A stretch of 64,000 nt of DNA from assembly GCA_965657355.1 (NCBI GenBank), contig CBFHOE010000011.1, forward strand, positions 43,004 through 107,003, written 5' to 3'. Positions within the stretch are counted from its first letter, which is position 1, and each line of letters opens with the position of its first letter. Below the pieces are notes generated by a model. The model did not search any database. It was given only the letters and a program-made list of their open reading frames with translations, and was not told where the DNA came from. Below are positions 1-10,067 of the stretch, piece by piece. This DNA is from Limisphaerales bacterium. GTDB taxonomy: Bacteria > Verrucomicrobiota > Verrucomicrobiia > Limisphaerales > JAJOIW01. Position numbers and translations under genes: made by a program.

Positions 1-9
1 CGAGAAAAC

Positions 10-966
10 TCATGCCACAGACCTTTCGGATTCCATATTTTTAGGGGGCAGCCACCCCCCCGATTCGGATCTAACATAATGATAACAGACCTGATCAAGC
101 GGACTTTCGGTTGAAACAATATTATATTTCAAACCGCATTCACTCGAAATTTTCTGAAGAGCTGCAAGATGAGAATCGAGTTTGACCTGGTAGCGTTGGG
201 CCGCCATTTTCCCATTCACAAATATGGACTTTCCATTTTCCATATCTTCTAGAAGAAGACTCTCGTTTTGATTCCAAGTTATTTCTTTGGGGTCAAGAAT
301 TTGCACAAGAGAAATTTCATGACCTCGAGCAGAAAGTATCTTTAATTCATTTTTCAATACTTCAAGATCTCCGAGAAAATCGCTTACCATGACAATCTTA
401 CTTTTCGCTTTGACAAGGTTGGCCAATCCGTTCAATGAAACGCCGAGCTGTGTTTGCTTCCCCGGGTTGGCTGAGTGGAGTAGTTTAAGGAATTTTCTAA
501 GCTGACCAACACGAACAGCCGGTGGTAAATACTCCTGGATTCCCGAATCAAAGCGACAAGCACCAACAGCATCCCTTTGCTTTAAAATGAAATATCCGAG
601 AGACCCCACCAACAACCTGGCATAATCCATTTTTGACCATTCGAGAGATGAGTATGACATGGAGTTGCTCTGATCCAAAACAAAGTAAGTCCTTACGTTA
701 GTCTCTTCTCGAAATTTTTTAATGTAATATCGATCTGTGCGAGCATATAACTTCCAATCCATATACCTCGTATCATCACCTTCAACGTAAGGTCTATATT
801 CAGTAAATTCAGCGGAGAACCCATGGAAAGGACTTTTATGCAACCCTAGTAGAAACCCCTCAACAACAAGTTTGACTTGCAGTTCCAGGGACTTGAGTTT
901 CATAAGACTTGCTGGATCAAGCCAACGGGTTTCATCTAATTTTTGATTTTGATTTCCAGTAGCCAT
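10..966 (-). CDS. DUF58 domain protein (vWA-like, MoxR-associated)
   Basis: Motifs GLHKSPFHGFSAEFTEYRPY..GDD.RYMDWK and a MIDAS-like DQSNS; directly downstream of a MoxR ATPase. Confidence 0.9.
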   Translation of the reverse strand: MATGNQNQKLDETRWLDPASLMKLKSLELQVKLVVEGFLLGLHKSPFHGFSAEFTEYRPYVEGDDTRYMDWKLYARTDRYYIKKFREETNVRTYFVLDQSNSMSYSSLEWSKMDYARLLVGSLGYFILKQRDAVGACRFDSGIQEYLPPAVRVGQLRKFLKLLHSANPGKQTQLGVSLNGLANLVKAKSKIVMVSDFLGDLEVLKNELKILSARGHEISLVQILDPKEITWNQNESLLLEDMENGKSIFVNGKMAAQRYQVKLDSHLAALQKISSECGLKYNIVSTESPLDQVCYHYVRSESGGWLPPKNMESERSVA

Positions 967-993
967 TCTATGAAGTCTTGGTTGGCAGATGTG

Positions 994-1995
994 CTATGCG
1001 GGAATGGCTATGTCCTCGAGAAGGCTTTCAATAACGTTCTCAACCGATAGTCCTTCTGCTTCAGCCCGATAATTAAGAAGAATCCTGTGGCGCAAAACTG
1101 GCTTGGCCAGGATTTGGATATCCTCTCTTGTTACGTGAACCCTTCCTTGGAGAAGAGCACGTGCTTTTGCACCAAGAACCAGGCACTGGGGAGCTCTCGT
1201 CCCGGCCCCCCAACCAACCATCTCCTGAACAATTGCTGGAGCCGATTCGTTAGATGGTCGGGAATGAGCAGCAAGTTTGACGGCGTATCTCATGAGATCG
1301 TCCGAGATAGGTATTTCTCTTACGATTTTTTGGATCTCCATCAATTGCCCTGATGAGAAAATGGATGTGATTTCTGGCAATCCTTTGCCTGTGGTTTGCC
1401 TGATGACTTCTACTTCCTCATCCTCTGGTAAATAATCAATGACAACATTAAAAAAGAATCTATCTAACTGAGCCTCTGGCAAAGGGTAAGTCCCTTCCAT
1501 TTCAACTGGGTTTTGCGTTGCCAAAACAAAAAACGGCAGAGGAAGTTGGTGAGTTTGCCCACCAGATGAAACCTGTCTTTCCTGCATCGCTTCCAGCAAT
1601 GCCGCTTGAGTTTTAGGAGGAGTTCTGTTGATTTCATCCGCAAGCACAATGTTTGCAAATATGGGCCCTTTCACAAACTTGAGGTGCCGGCCATTTTCTG
1701 ACTCATCCAGAATTTCAGTTCCTGTGATGTCGGCGGGCATTAAATCAGGCGTGAACTGGATTCGTTGGAACTCAAGATCAAAAAGATCACCGATAGATTT
1801 TACCAGCAAAGTTTTCGCTAACCCTGGGGCACCAGTAATCAGACAGTGACCACCAGCCAGCAAAGCAATCATTATTTGTTCAATTACGTCGTCTTGTCCC
1901 ACTATGACCTTGTGGATCTGGTCCACCAATTCCGTTCGTTTCTCAAGCAATTGGTCGAGTTTTCTTGAGTTATCTTCAAATGATCCGTTTTCCAC
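994..1995 (-). CDS. moxR: MoxR family AAA+ ATPase
   Basis: Walker A GAPGLAKT, RIQFTPDLMPADITG, Walker B LADEINR, ATQNPVEMEGTYPLPEAQLDRF. Confidence 0.95.
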   Translation of the reverse strand: MENGSFEDNSRKLDQLLEKRTELVDQIHKVIVGQDDVIEQIMIALLAGGHCLITGAPGLAKTLLVKSIGDLFDLEFQRIQFTPDLMPADITGTEILDESENGRHLKFVKGPIFANIVLADEINRTPPKTQAALLEAMQERQVSSGGQTHQLPLPFFVLATQNPVEMEGTYPLPEAQLDRFFFNVVIDYLPEDEEVEVIRQTTGKGLPEITSIFSSGQLMEIQKIVREIPISDDLMRYAVKLAAHSRPSNESAPAIVQEMVGWGAGTRAPQCLVLGAKARALLQGRVHVTREDIQILAKPVLRHRILLNYRAEAEGLSVENVIESLLEDIAIPA

Positions 1996-2029
1996 TTTTT
2001 TTCCTTTTTATAAAGATGCCACAATTTCC

Positions 2030-2908
2030 TTAATGGGTCATGGCATAAACTATGATATTAATTCCTAATGGGTATGCTTTCTTTTCTGAAAACTCTCTAA
2101 AATAGTATTCGTCTTCGCCTTCTCTTTCCCAACCGTCTCCGAGATCGGTATTGTGACAAATCATAACCATGATACGACCTTCGTCGTTGAGTATAGCCCG
2201 GTAATGGACATCACGTGCCCCGGGATTGTGCCGGGACTCCCAAGTCACACCAGTAAATTGGCTTTCATACCCTGTTTGAACATTTGGAATTTGGGGTAGT
2301 TCGCTCAGAGTCTCATTTAGAGGGAAGACAGTATTAAAAATTTCATGCTCTAACCCAATGTCTATTATGGGACGGTCGGGGAAAACTTTTTGCATCTGAG
2401 CCTGGAAATTTTGCCATTGAAAATCTCCCCAAAAATCGTCCACCATCATAAATCCACCATTGAGTAGATAATCTTTTAGGGCTTCGACTTCATCCGAGCT
2501 GAACATAACCCCACCCGGTTCAACCATATAGATGAATGGATAATCCTTTAATTTTTTATCCGTGAGTTCCAAGGCTAGACTTTGAGGGTTTACCTTGAGA
2601 GATGTCATTTGCGTCAACCGGTAGGCCAAATTGTTCTCGGCTTGCGGATGATCAATTTTCCATTTTGCCCCAAATCTTCCATAGTCATCAAAGCTGTCAT
2701 ATTTGACTCTGACGAATGTAAAAGTATCCGACTCAAAATTTTTTGGATATGACCAATCAGGCTTCCAATCGCCTTCATTAGATCCACCCCATTGTCCAAA
2801 TAAACTGTGGAAAATGAATGCTAATGAAATAATAACCAAAACAGATGGCAAATGAATCCATCTGGGAATCATTTTGGGTTTCTGATTATTGCGAATTATT
2901 TCCTGCAT
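2030..2908 (-). CDS. DUF4159 domain protein
   Basis: FTFVRVKY, YPFIYMVEPG, YLLNGGFMMVDDFWG, NTDLGDGWE and the C-terminal GINIIVYAMTH are typical of the family; N-terminal hydrophobic segment. Confidence 0.85.
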   Translation of the reverse strand: MQEIIRNNQKPKMIPRWIHLPSVLVIISLAFIFHSLFGQWGGSNEGDWKPDWSYPKNFESDTFTFVRVKYDSFDDYGRFGAKWKIDHPQAENNLAYRLTQMTSLKVNPQSLALELTDKKLKDYPFIYMVEPGGVMFSSDEVEALKDYLLNGGFMMVDDFWGDFQWQNFQAQMQKVFPDRPIIDIGLEHEIFNTVFPLNETLSELPQIPNVQTGYESQFTGVTWESRHNPGARDVHYRAILNDEGRIMVMICHNTDLGDGWEREGEDEYYFREFSEKKAYPLGINIIVYAMTH

Positions 2909-2985
2909 TGGCTAAAACTTCTTAAAAAATTTAGTAGTCCAGATTTTTCAGACTTAAGATTTAGACAGTAAAATGATTTATGAAA

Positions 2986-5634
2986 CTAACCAGAATTGGC
3001 TTTTAATTCCTTCTCTGCCTTGTTGCTTATCGTGAGAAATGACTTAAGGGCGTCTCTATGACGAGGGGCCAATTCGAGAGTAGAAAGTAAATGCTTGTAT
3101 GCTTTTTCCGGCTCAGCGTCTTTGGTGAGAAGAAAAATTTGATAGTGAATTTCGGCTGGATTTATTGGATTTAATTGCAGTGCGGCTTCCCAATACGAAA
3201 TAGCCTCTGGCTTGTTATTTTCTTCGGTAGAAACCACAGCCAAGTCTTCATAGACTTGGCCTTCGAAAGGGTCAATGGCTAATAACTCATTTGAATAACG
3301 AAAGATTGCTTGGTTGTCTTTTTCATTCTTTGCCAACTGAACAAGCCTTCTATACATACTCGGAGGAGCCACTTCCAATCCAACCCATTTTTCAAGAACC
3401 TTTTTTTCATCCTCCGGTTTTTCTTGTGCGTTATAAATTTTAGTGAGTATGGAAAGAGGGTTTGGAAATTGGCGCGGCTGATTAAATTCATCCAATATGT
3501 TGAGGGATATTTCCTGTGCTCCTTCTAAATCGCCAGCATCAAAAAGCTTTTCCGCTTTGTCCATTAGCATCCAAAAGTTATTATTTTTTATTTTTTCTTT
3601 AAATGCACCCAAATCAAAATCACCGTCTCCAGGACGTGGAGGTGCACCGAAGTTGACTAATGCAGGTTTTGAGAAATCAAGTTTTCCTGCTGCCTTTTTT
3701 ACTTTTTCATTAATCCATATCGAGAACTCGGTCTCTAGTTTGGATAACGAGGTGTAAGACTTCTCAAGTGCATTATTAATTTCCAGGCCGCGAGACAAAT
3801 CCTTGAGAAGATCCGCCATTTTAGATTCGTCAAAATTGGTGAGAAGATATTCTACCACCATGGAAGATTGATAGTAGGCAAACTCAATATGCCCTGGAGT
3901 TTTGGGTTGCATGAACCCAGCACTGAGGTCGGAGATAGGCAGGAGATCTCCGTCATCAATCCATTGTAAAAATTGCGGAGTTAACTTCATGCCCCAAGCA
4001 GGATTTTCTTGGTATTCTTCGTAAACCGAAAGTCCTTCGCTGAGCCATCTCGGCATTTTATTTCGAGTGGCCCCTAAAGTGACGGTGTGGCAAAACTCAT
4101 GCCATAATACAGCTTTCCAGTTGACGGATTCCATTCTCTGGGTTGATGGGCTGTTGGCAGTTATTACTGGCCCGAAGCAAACTCCTAGGTAGCCGGGGAT
4201 GTTTGGCATGCCAAAAGTCCTCACTTCGAAATCCGTAGTGGAAGAGAATATTTCTACTCTGGTTGGCTCACTTGGAAAGAATCCATATTTTTTGGTTAAT
4301 TTTTCATAAGCCCGATTCAATAAATCCAAAGCCTGCATACCGATGATGTCTTTTTCAGCAGCGTCAACGTAGACAATAAAATTGTCATTTGTAATGACCT
4401 CATAATCCACCAGGTTATCGTGAAGATTTACTAGGTTAAAGGCGGCGACATCATAACCATCCTGTTCGTGAACTTGGTTAGCCAATCGCCAACCTTCTTC
4501 ATTTTTACCAAGCCTCAATAGGTCCTGAGCTAATTGAATTTTGGACGGCAGGTAATTGTCATTCATACTCAATGCCATTCTCTGGTAGGCAGAACCTTCC
4601 TTGAATCGATAGTGCTGGGATAATTTTTTACCGATCAAATGAGGGATTTCAGGATCGATTTTATTTTTTTCAAATGCTTTCTGACGAGCTAGGACCTCCT
4701 CATCGGGTCGATTCTGTAGGTGGTGGATAGCAGCTCTGTAAGCCCACATTTTGGAGTTTTGGGACTGTATTTTTTCTATCTCATCCAACAACTCCAATGC
4801 CTCTTCATAAGATTCCGAGTTCAACATAAAATCAACGAGAAGAAGTCGGCTGGGAACATGTTTCTGGTTTAGGGACATGGATTTCTCGATCCATTCCAAT
4901 GTCTTAGCAGAATCACTTTCAGAGAAAGCAACAGCAAGACCGTGCGTCATAGCTGGATCCTTAGGAAATTTGGTGAAGCCATTCTGATACCATTTGGAAG
5001 CTAATCCGAAATCTCCTTTGTCAAGAGCCAGCCTTCCTGCAGCGAGGTAAACACTTCGGGTGTCTGGAGATTTTTTGGCGACTGGATCAAAAAAGTTTTT
5101 CATGACGAGCTTTGCATCCGCGTTGAGCTGCAACGCCATTTCTCCCAAGACGACTTGATCATCTGGATCAGAGAGGCGGTTTCCGAGCCTTCGAGCTACC
5201 TGATTCATCTCCGACAGCATACGCTGCTGAGTATTTAGATCCCCCACCATTTTGGCGGTTTTGTAGGCTAGCCACCTTTTTCTAAGCCCCCAGCGCTCCC
5301 ATCTGGCCCAAAGCTCTGCGTTTTCCGCAGCTTTTTTGGTGTTCCCCATCTCTAATTGTATCTCAACGATGAGTTCGGCCCACTTTTCCTCTTGGCTTCG
5401 GCTTGCTGAATTGAGGCCATCTTGAGCCATTTGCTCGGCTTTTTGATAATCGCCTGAAAAAAGCAAATTTCGGGCTTGTTCAAAATCTTGGCCAATGGAA
5501 TCGCGTAAGCCGCACAAGAAAATGGTTGAAACGAAGAAATATTTTGCGACATCAAGCCCAAGTTTTAGGAACAGCTGTCGGTTGGCATACATTTTGTAAT
5601 GATCACCTTCATGTAGAAAATCGCAAGCCCGCAA
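2986..5634 (-). CDS. TPR-repeat protein with peptidase MA (gluzincin-like) domain
   Basis: Many TPR-like helical repeats flank HEFCH (HExxH) and WLSEGLS (third-ligand Glu); signal-like N-terminus; start codon uncertain. Confidence 0.8.
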   Translation of the reverse strand: MRACDFLHEGDHYKMYANRQLFLKLGLDVAKYFFVSTIFLCGLRDSIGQDFEQARNLLFSGDYQKAEQMAQDGLNSASRSQEEKWAELIVEIQLEMGNTKKAAENAELWARWERWGLRKRWLAYKTAKMVGDLNTQQRMLSEMNQVARRLGNRLSDPDDQVVLGEMALQLNADAKLVMKNFFDPVAKKSPDTRSVYLAAGRLALDKGDFGLASKWYQNGFTKFPKDPAMTHGLAVAFSESDSAKTLEWIEKSMSLNQKHVPSRLLLVDFMLNSESYEEALELLDEIEKIQSQNSKMWAYRAAIHHLQNRPDEEVLARQKAFEKNKIDPEIPHLIGKKLSQHYRFKEGSAYQRMALSMNDNYLPSKIQLAQDLLRLGKNEEGWRLANQVHEQDGYDVAAFNLVNLHDNLVDYEVITNDNFIVYVDAAEKDIIGMQALDLLNRAYEKLTKKYGFFPSEPTRVEIFSSTTDFEVRTFGMPNIPGYLGVCFGPVITANSPSTQRMESVNWKAVLWHEFCHTVTLGATRNKMPRWLSEGLSVYEEYQENPAWGMKLTPQFLQWIDDGDLLPISDLSAGFMQPKTPGHIEFAYYQSSMVVEYLLTNFDESKMADLLKDLSRGLEINNALEKSYTSLSKLETEFSIWINEKVKKAAGKLDFSKPALVNFGAPPRPGDGDFDLGAFKEKIKNNNFWMLMDKAEKLFDAGDLEGAQEISLNILDEFNQPRQFPNPLSILTKIYNAQEKPEDEKKVLEKWVGLEVAPPSMYRRLVQLAKNEKDNQAIFRYSNELLAIDPFEGQVYEDLAVVSTEENNKPEAISYWEAALQLNPINPAEIHYQIFLLTKDAEPEKAYKHLLSTLELAPRHRDALKSFLTISNKAEKELKANSG

Positions 5635-5696
5635 TTCAAATAAATCACTTCATTAGACAGAGGCTATACAGTCTCACTTGATCGCGTATAGCTGGT

Positions 5697-5725
5697 TTGA
5701 CATCCCGACAAGAAAAACAAATAAT
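5697..5725 (+). promoter_or_regulatory. Putative sigma70 promoter for the DUF1080 gene
   Basis: TTGACA, 17 bp spacer, AATAAT, ending 25 bp upstream of the ATG at 5751. Confidence 0.5.
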
Positions 5726-5750
5726 GGCTCTTCCTTCATTTAGATAACCA

Positions 5751-7010
5751 ATGAATAAAATAAAAATTACAACAAAGATATTTGTGGGTATTGCTTTAGC
5801 ATTAGGGGCATTTAGCACCAGGTCCTACGCAGCACACCACGAAGGATGGGCTTCACTATTTGATGGGAAGTCACTAAAAGGATGGGTCCAAAAAAATGGC
5901 ACAGCAACCTACCGGATTGAAAATAACTCCATCGTAGGAAAAACAAATGATGGAAGCCCTAACTCATTTCTTTGCACGGAAAAATTGTATGGCGATTTTG
6001 ATCTGGAGTTTGAGGTTCGGGTCGACAATCAATTAAATTCTGGCGTTCAAATCAGATCGCAAACGGTAGGCGGAACGAATGGAGGCCGCGTTAATGGGCC
6101 TCAAGTCGAGATCGAAGCTAGCGGTAAAAATGGAGCAGAAAGCGGATACCTTTATGGTGAGGCTGCAGGAGGATGGATGACCCCAGCCAACATGAGAGGC
6201 CCTCACAAGGTATTCAAGGATGGAGAATGGAATGCTTACAGAGTTTTGGCTGTAGGACCACGGATTAAAGTTTGGATAAACGGAACTCTCATATCTGATT
6301 TAAAGGATGAGGGAAAATTCAAATCTCACCCAAAGGGTTTCATTGGTCTTCAAGTGCATGGGATAGGAAGAGGAAAGGGTCCATATGAGGTTGCCTGGAG
6401 AAATTTAAGAATACGAGAGATACATTCTACCGATAAAAAAGTAGCGTATAAAAATCTATATAATGGGAAAAATCTTAATGGCTGGCAAACGACCGGGAAC
6501 TGGATCCCTCAAAAGGATGGGTCCTTACTCATAAAACCAAGAAAAGGTGAAAAGGGCTGGCAAAGGTATAGCGACTATATTTGGACAAAGAAAAAGTATA
6601 CGGACTTCATACTCGATCTTGAATATAGCTATCCAAAGGGTGGTAATAGCGGGGTATTTTTTAGAGTGGGTGATTTGAAAAACCCTGTGGAAACAGGGAT
6701 AGAGGCCCAAATCTTGGACAATTATGGATCTAAAAAACAACCAACGGCGCATGATCACGGTGGAATAATCAGGACAGCAGCCCCAAAAAAGAACATGTCT
6801 AAAAAACCAGGTGATTGGAATCACATGGTGGTAAAATGCGTCTCATCAAAATTAAATGTAAAACTTAATGGCGAAGAGATCATTGACATCGATCTCAGCA
6901 AATCCGATGCCTCCAAAAACAAACCGCTGGAAGGATATATTGGGCTCCAAGACCACGGTGAACCAAACAACGTATTTTTTAGAAATATCAAATTAGTTGA
7001 AATAAAGTAG
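5751..7010 (+). CDS. Secreted tandem DUF1080 (3-keto-disaccharide hydrolase family) protein
   Basis: Signal peptide; two domains (LFDGKSLKGW..NSGVQIRS..GFIGLQVH..WRNLRI and LYNGKNLNGW..NSGVFFR..GYIGLQDH..FRNIKL). Confidence 0.9.
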   Translation: MNKIKITTKIFVGIALALGAFSTRSYAAHHEGWASLFDGKSLKGWVQKNGTATYRIENNSIVGKTNDGSPNSFLCTEKLYGDFDLEFEVRVDNQLNSGVQIRSQTVGGTNGGRVNGPQVEIEASGKNGAESGYLYGEAAGGWMTPANMRGPHKVFKDGEWNAYRVLAVGPRIKVWINGTLISDLKDEGKFKSHPKGFIGLQVHGIGRGKGPYEVAWRNLRIREIHSTDKKVAYKNLYNGKNLNGWQTTGNWIPQKDGSLLIKPRKGEKGWQRYSDYIWTKKKYTDFILDLEYSYPKGGNSGVFFRVGDLKNPVETGIEAQILDNYGSKKQPTAHDHGGIIRTAAPKKNMSKKPGDWNHMVVKCVSSKLNVKLNGEEIIDIDLSKSDASKNKPLEGYIGLQDHGEPNNVFFRNIKLVEIK

Positions 7011-7027
7011 ATCTTAATTTTTATCTC

Positions 7028-7081
7028 TTTCAAAAACGTAAAAACGGGCTCCATATGGAGCCCGTTTTTACGTTTTTGAAA
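7028..7081. terminator. Perfect 54-bp palindrome, probable bidirectional intrinsic terminator
   Basis: tttcaaaaacgtaaaaacgggctccat|atggagcccgtttttacgtttttgaaa between convergent genes; GC core flanked by A and T tracts. Confidence 0.75.
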
Positions 7082-7107
7082 CCAGTTTAAATGGGATCAA
7101 ACATCAC

Positions 7108-8331
7108 TTATTCAAATAGTTTTACAGAGACTTTTACAGGTGTCGCATAATCATTCCAAAGTCTTTCGATTATCTCTACGTTAGGCCCTCCGTCCATAAC
7201 AACAAAACGATATTTGGAGTTATATGTCTCACCCGGGGATATTGACCAATCACCACCCTGTGAGGGAGCGTAATTGAAGAATGGCTCATTTGGATGTACT
7301 CTCATCGGTTGCGGAGAACGAAAGTTGTCAGGATGGCACATGACAACAATTCCAACCATTTTTCCTTCGTGCAGCCCTCCAATATAACACCAGTTCGCTT
7401 TGGTCGCATGAGCCTTGGTCCTATCTCTTTCACCATTGGATGTGAGAAAAAAACAGTTTTCCTTTCCATTCCATTCACTCCGTCCCCTGAATCCTAAACC
7501 ACCATATCTATATTCAGGAAGCTCTAGTTTACTTTCAGTCATATTAGTTTGAGAAGAGCGAAGGTCGAAAATATTATAAGGATTCTTTCCAAATCCCACT
7601 GCATACATATGGACAGACCATTTTTCGGATAGGACTTCTTTTTCTGGCTTTGATGTCATGTCAACAAATCGATGACTGGCAGTAAAGCCAGCATGCACTG
7701 GACCATCCCAATGGGCTAATAGATCGACGAACTCAACCCTTCCTGCCCCTTTTCCCATGTTCCAAAAATCTGGGGTTCTATTTTCAAATTTAGTTTTAGT
7801 CCAAGTATACCATACCCCGTGGTGGTGCGTATGCATTTCGGGGTAATCATCAGATACTACAACACCACTAGGGGTCTTTATGGGGTGCAGATATCCAGAC
7901 CTCAAATAGAGTGAATCAATGTCTTTCCTGGGAAGACGTGCCTTTATGAAATACTCCAATGGAACATTACCCGAGCCCTTATGGAACCTGAGTTTCCCAT
8001 CGTCGGTCTTATTAAGTTTTATGGCAGGCACAACGGATGGGTTCAAAATCTTTTGGACCACAACCTTTTTACTGGCAGTCTTTTCTAGAGACCTGATCAC
8101 CATAGTTCCCATTCCGTCTTGGACACGAACTAGAAACTTTCCACTTTCGTCCGCGTATAAAGTTTCCTCAGATGCCGGCTCATTGACCAGATTTTGAGGC
8201 CATTGAAAAATAGCTATGGAATCCTTTCTCTCCAGATCCCCCCCTTCCATTGATATTTCCAATCGCTGGGCAAAAGAACAAATTGGTATGAGTAGTAGTC
8301 CCAAAAAATACTTTAGTTTGGTCGATTTCAT
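7108..8331 (-). CDS. DUF6807 / 'PmoA-family' secreted protein
   Basis: RSGYLHPIKTPSG, D.YP.MHTHHHGVW, YRYGGLGFRG, CHPDNFRSPQPMRVHP; signal peptide. Confidence 0.75.
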   Translation of the reverse strand: MKSTKLKYFLGLLLIPICSFAQRLEISMEGGDLERKDSIAIFQWPQNLVNEPASEETLYADESGKFLVRVQDGMGTMVIRSLEKTASKKVVVQKILNPSVVPAIKLNKTDDGKLRFHKGSGNVPLEYFIKARLPRKDIDSLYLRSGYLHPIKTPSGVVVSDDYPEMHTHHHGVWYTWTKTKFENRTPDFWNMGKGAGRVEFVDLLAHWDGPVHAGFTASHRFVDMTSKPEKEVLSEKWSVHMYAVGFGKNPYNIFDLRSSQTNMTESKLELPEYRYGGLGFRGRSEWNGKENCFFLTSNGERDRTKAHATKANWCYIGGLHEGKMVGIVVMCHPDNFRSPQPMRVHPNEPFFNYAPSQGGDWSISPGETYNSKYRFVVMDGGPNVEIIERLWNDYATPVKVSVKLFE

Positions 8332-8405
8332 TTCAAAGATGATAATTGAAAATTAAAAGAAGTTTTATGAAATTATATGATTGCCTATTTAATAGGTAAA
8401 AATTC

Positions 8406-10010
8406 TTATTCGATCGTCGTTTGGCTACTCGCCAGGGGCTCTATTTGCCCACCTTTGATAGTAGTAGAGCTATTCTCTTGCGTGTCACTGACCAAGTGTT
8501 GTTTTGAGCCAAAAAAACTACTCTCTGCGTTTTTCAATGTCTCATACTGAGCAATAAGGCCAGCATCATTTTTTTCATAAAGCTGTGCCTGATAAGCAAC
8601 GTTTTCAAGAGTCCTTATGAATCTTTGATATTTTGCCCAAGATTTTTCGAGCGACAACCTTTTCCTTTCAACTTTTGATTTATCTTCGAGATATTTAAGG
8701 AGTTCCTTGAATGATTTTAAATTCTCGATTCTCTTTACGAACACATCACTCTTATCGGTGAGAAATCTAACTGACTCTGGTGAATGAATATTATTTAGCT
8801 CTGGCCATGTGAACTGAAGAATTCTTTTAGTGGCACCTTTTGCACGATTTATTTTGCTAGAAAGCTGCTTTGATTCATCAGCTAATTTCTTCCTCTGTTC
8901 TTGAATTTGATCTGATTTCTTTTTTGCTGAATCGTATTTGTGTAAACCTGAAATATTAAGTTCGTAGGAAAGCCCGTCGAGTATAGCTAATTCAATGGGT
9001 TCGGCTGATTTAATTAATGAATAATAAGGAGTTGATGGCAAGAATTTTGAGTCTCTTACGGAATGGTTCTTGGAAAACCTTCTCAACCAAGAATCTGAAG
9101 TTTTTACAGGTATATCGATCGTTTTGGATTCAATTAGTGTGTAGGCATGTGCTTCGGCAAAGGACGTTCTACCATCTCCGTCAAAATCAGTTAACTCGAT
9201 GTCCTCGTCCATGCGGGATTTCCCGCGTATAGCAGCCCAAAAATGACTAGAGTATTCTTGATAATTTTTTTCATTAATATCTGGAGTGCAGCCCGCAGCA
9301 ACGCGGTTATGAACTGTTGAATAAAATCCGCAAATGTTGCGATTTGTCAGTTTATTAGATTCCAAAGCCTCTTGAAAAATTAGATGAGAGAATCCGCCTG
9401 AATAGCATTGAACCATGACAATAATGACATCGACATTGTCTGGAAGGGACCCTATGTGAGAGGAGAGTTTTTTCACATCAATGAATTGGCCTCCCCATAA
9501 ATACAAACGAGTATTATATTTATTTTTTTTATCCAAAGATTTTCCACCGTGAGCGGTTGCGTATATGAACAACCTGTCGCCCTCTTCTATGCGGCCTTTG
9601 GATTCAGCAAACCATTGGTCGATGGATTTGTTGTCACTCATGCCATCGACATTTTCGAGAGAAGAATTTCTATACCTTAGGTTCAATTTACTTAAGGAAC
9701 CAAAAATGGTGGCCATATACCGATTCGCTTTCGGTATATCATTCATGGGAACCATATATTGAATATCTGATTCAGGCCTTTGACCATCTGCAAAATATAA
9801 ATCGTGAGATTGGGAGCTCGGGTAACTCTCGGCGAGTAATTTTCTGAAAAAAACAACATTCTTTTCGAGGGACACTTGATTACCACTGGGAGAATAGCCG
9901 CCGCCTATGATTAAAAAATGATCCTGGCCAGATTGGACTAGGGGGGAGAAAATCATAAGTATGGCGAAAAAAATGAAATAACTGGTGGTTCGTGTCATGG
10001 CAATTTTCAT
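8406..10010 (-). CDS. Secreted caspase/legumain-fold (clan CD) cysteine peptidase-like protein
   Basis: LFIYATAHGG and VIIVMVQCYSGGF (His-Cys dyad spacing); EF-hand-like DFDGDGRTSFAE; C-terminal coiled-coil-like region; signal peptide. Confidence 0.6.
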   Translation of the reverse strand: MKIAMTRTTSYFIFFAILMIFSPLVQSGQDHFLIIGGGYSPSGNQVSLEKNVVFFRKLLAESYPSSQSHDLYFADGQRPESDIQYMVPMNDIPKANRYMATIFGSLSKLNLRYRNSSLENVDGMSDNKSIDQWFAESKGRIEEGDRLFIYATAHGGKSLDKKNKYNTRLYLWGGQFIDVKKLSSHIGSLPDNVDVIIVMVQCYSGGFSHLIFQEALESNKLTNRNICGFYSTVHNRVAAGCTPDINEKNYQEYSSHFWAAIRGKSRMDEDIELTDFDGDGRTSFAEAHAYTLIESKTIDIPVKTSDSWLRRFSKNHSVRDSKFLPSTPYYSLIKSAEPIELAILDGLSYELNISGLHKYDSAKKKSDQIQEQRKKLADESKQLSSKINRAKGATKRILQFTWPELNNIHSPESVRFLTDKSDVFVKRIENLKSFKELLKYLEDKSKVERKRLSLEKSWAKYQRFIRTLENVAYQAQLYEKNDAGLIAQYETLKNAESSFFGSKQHLVSDTQENSSTTIKGGQIEPLASSQTTIE

Positions 10011-10067
10011 TTGTATAGCCTAAATTTGCATAAGATGTTCCAATTGACGATATGTAAAATTATCAAT

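Noticed and set aside
7108..8331. Methane monooxygenase subunit (the family is often labelled 'PmoA')
   Set aside because: Soluble secreted protein without multiple TM helices, and no pmoB or pmoC nearby; the label is a family-name artefact
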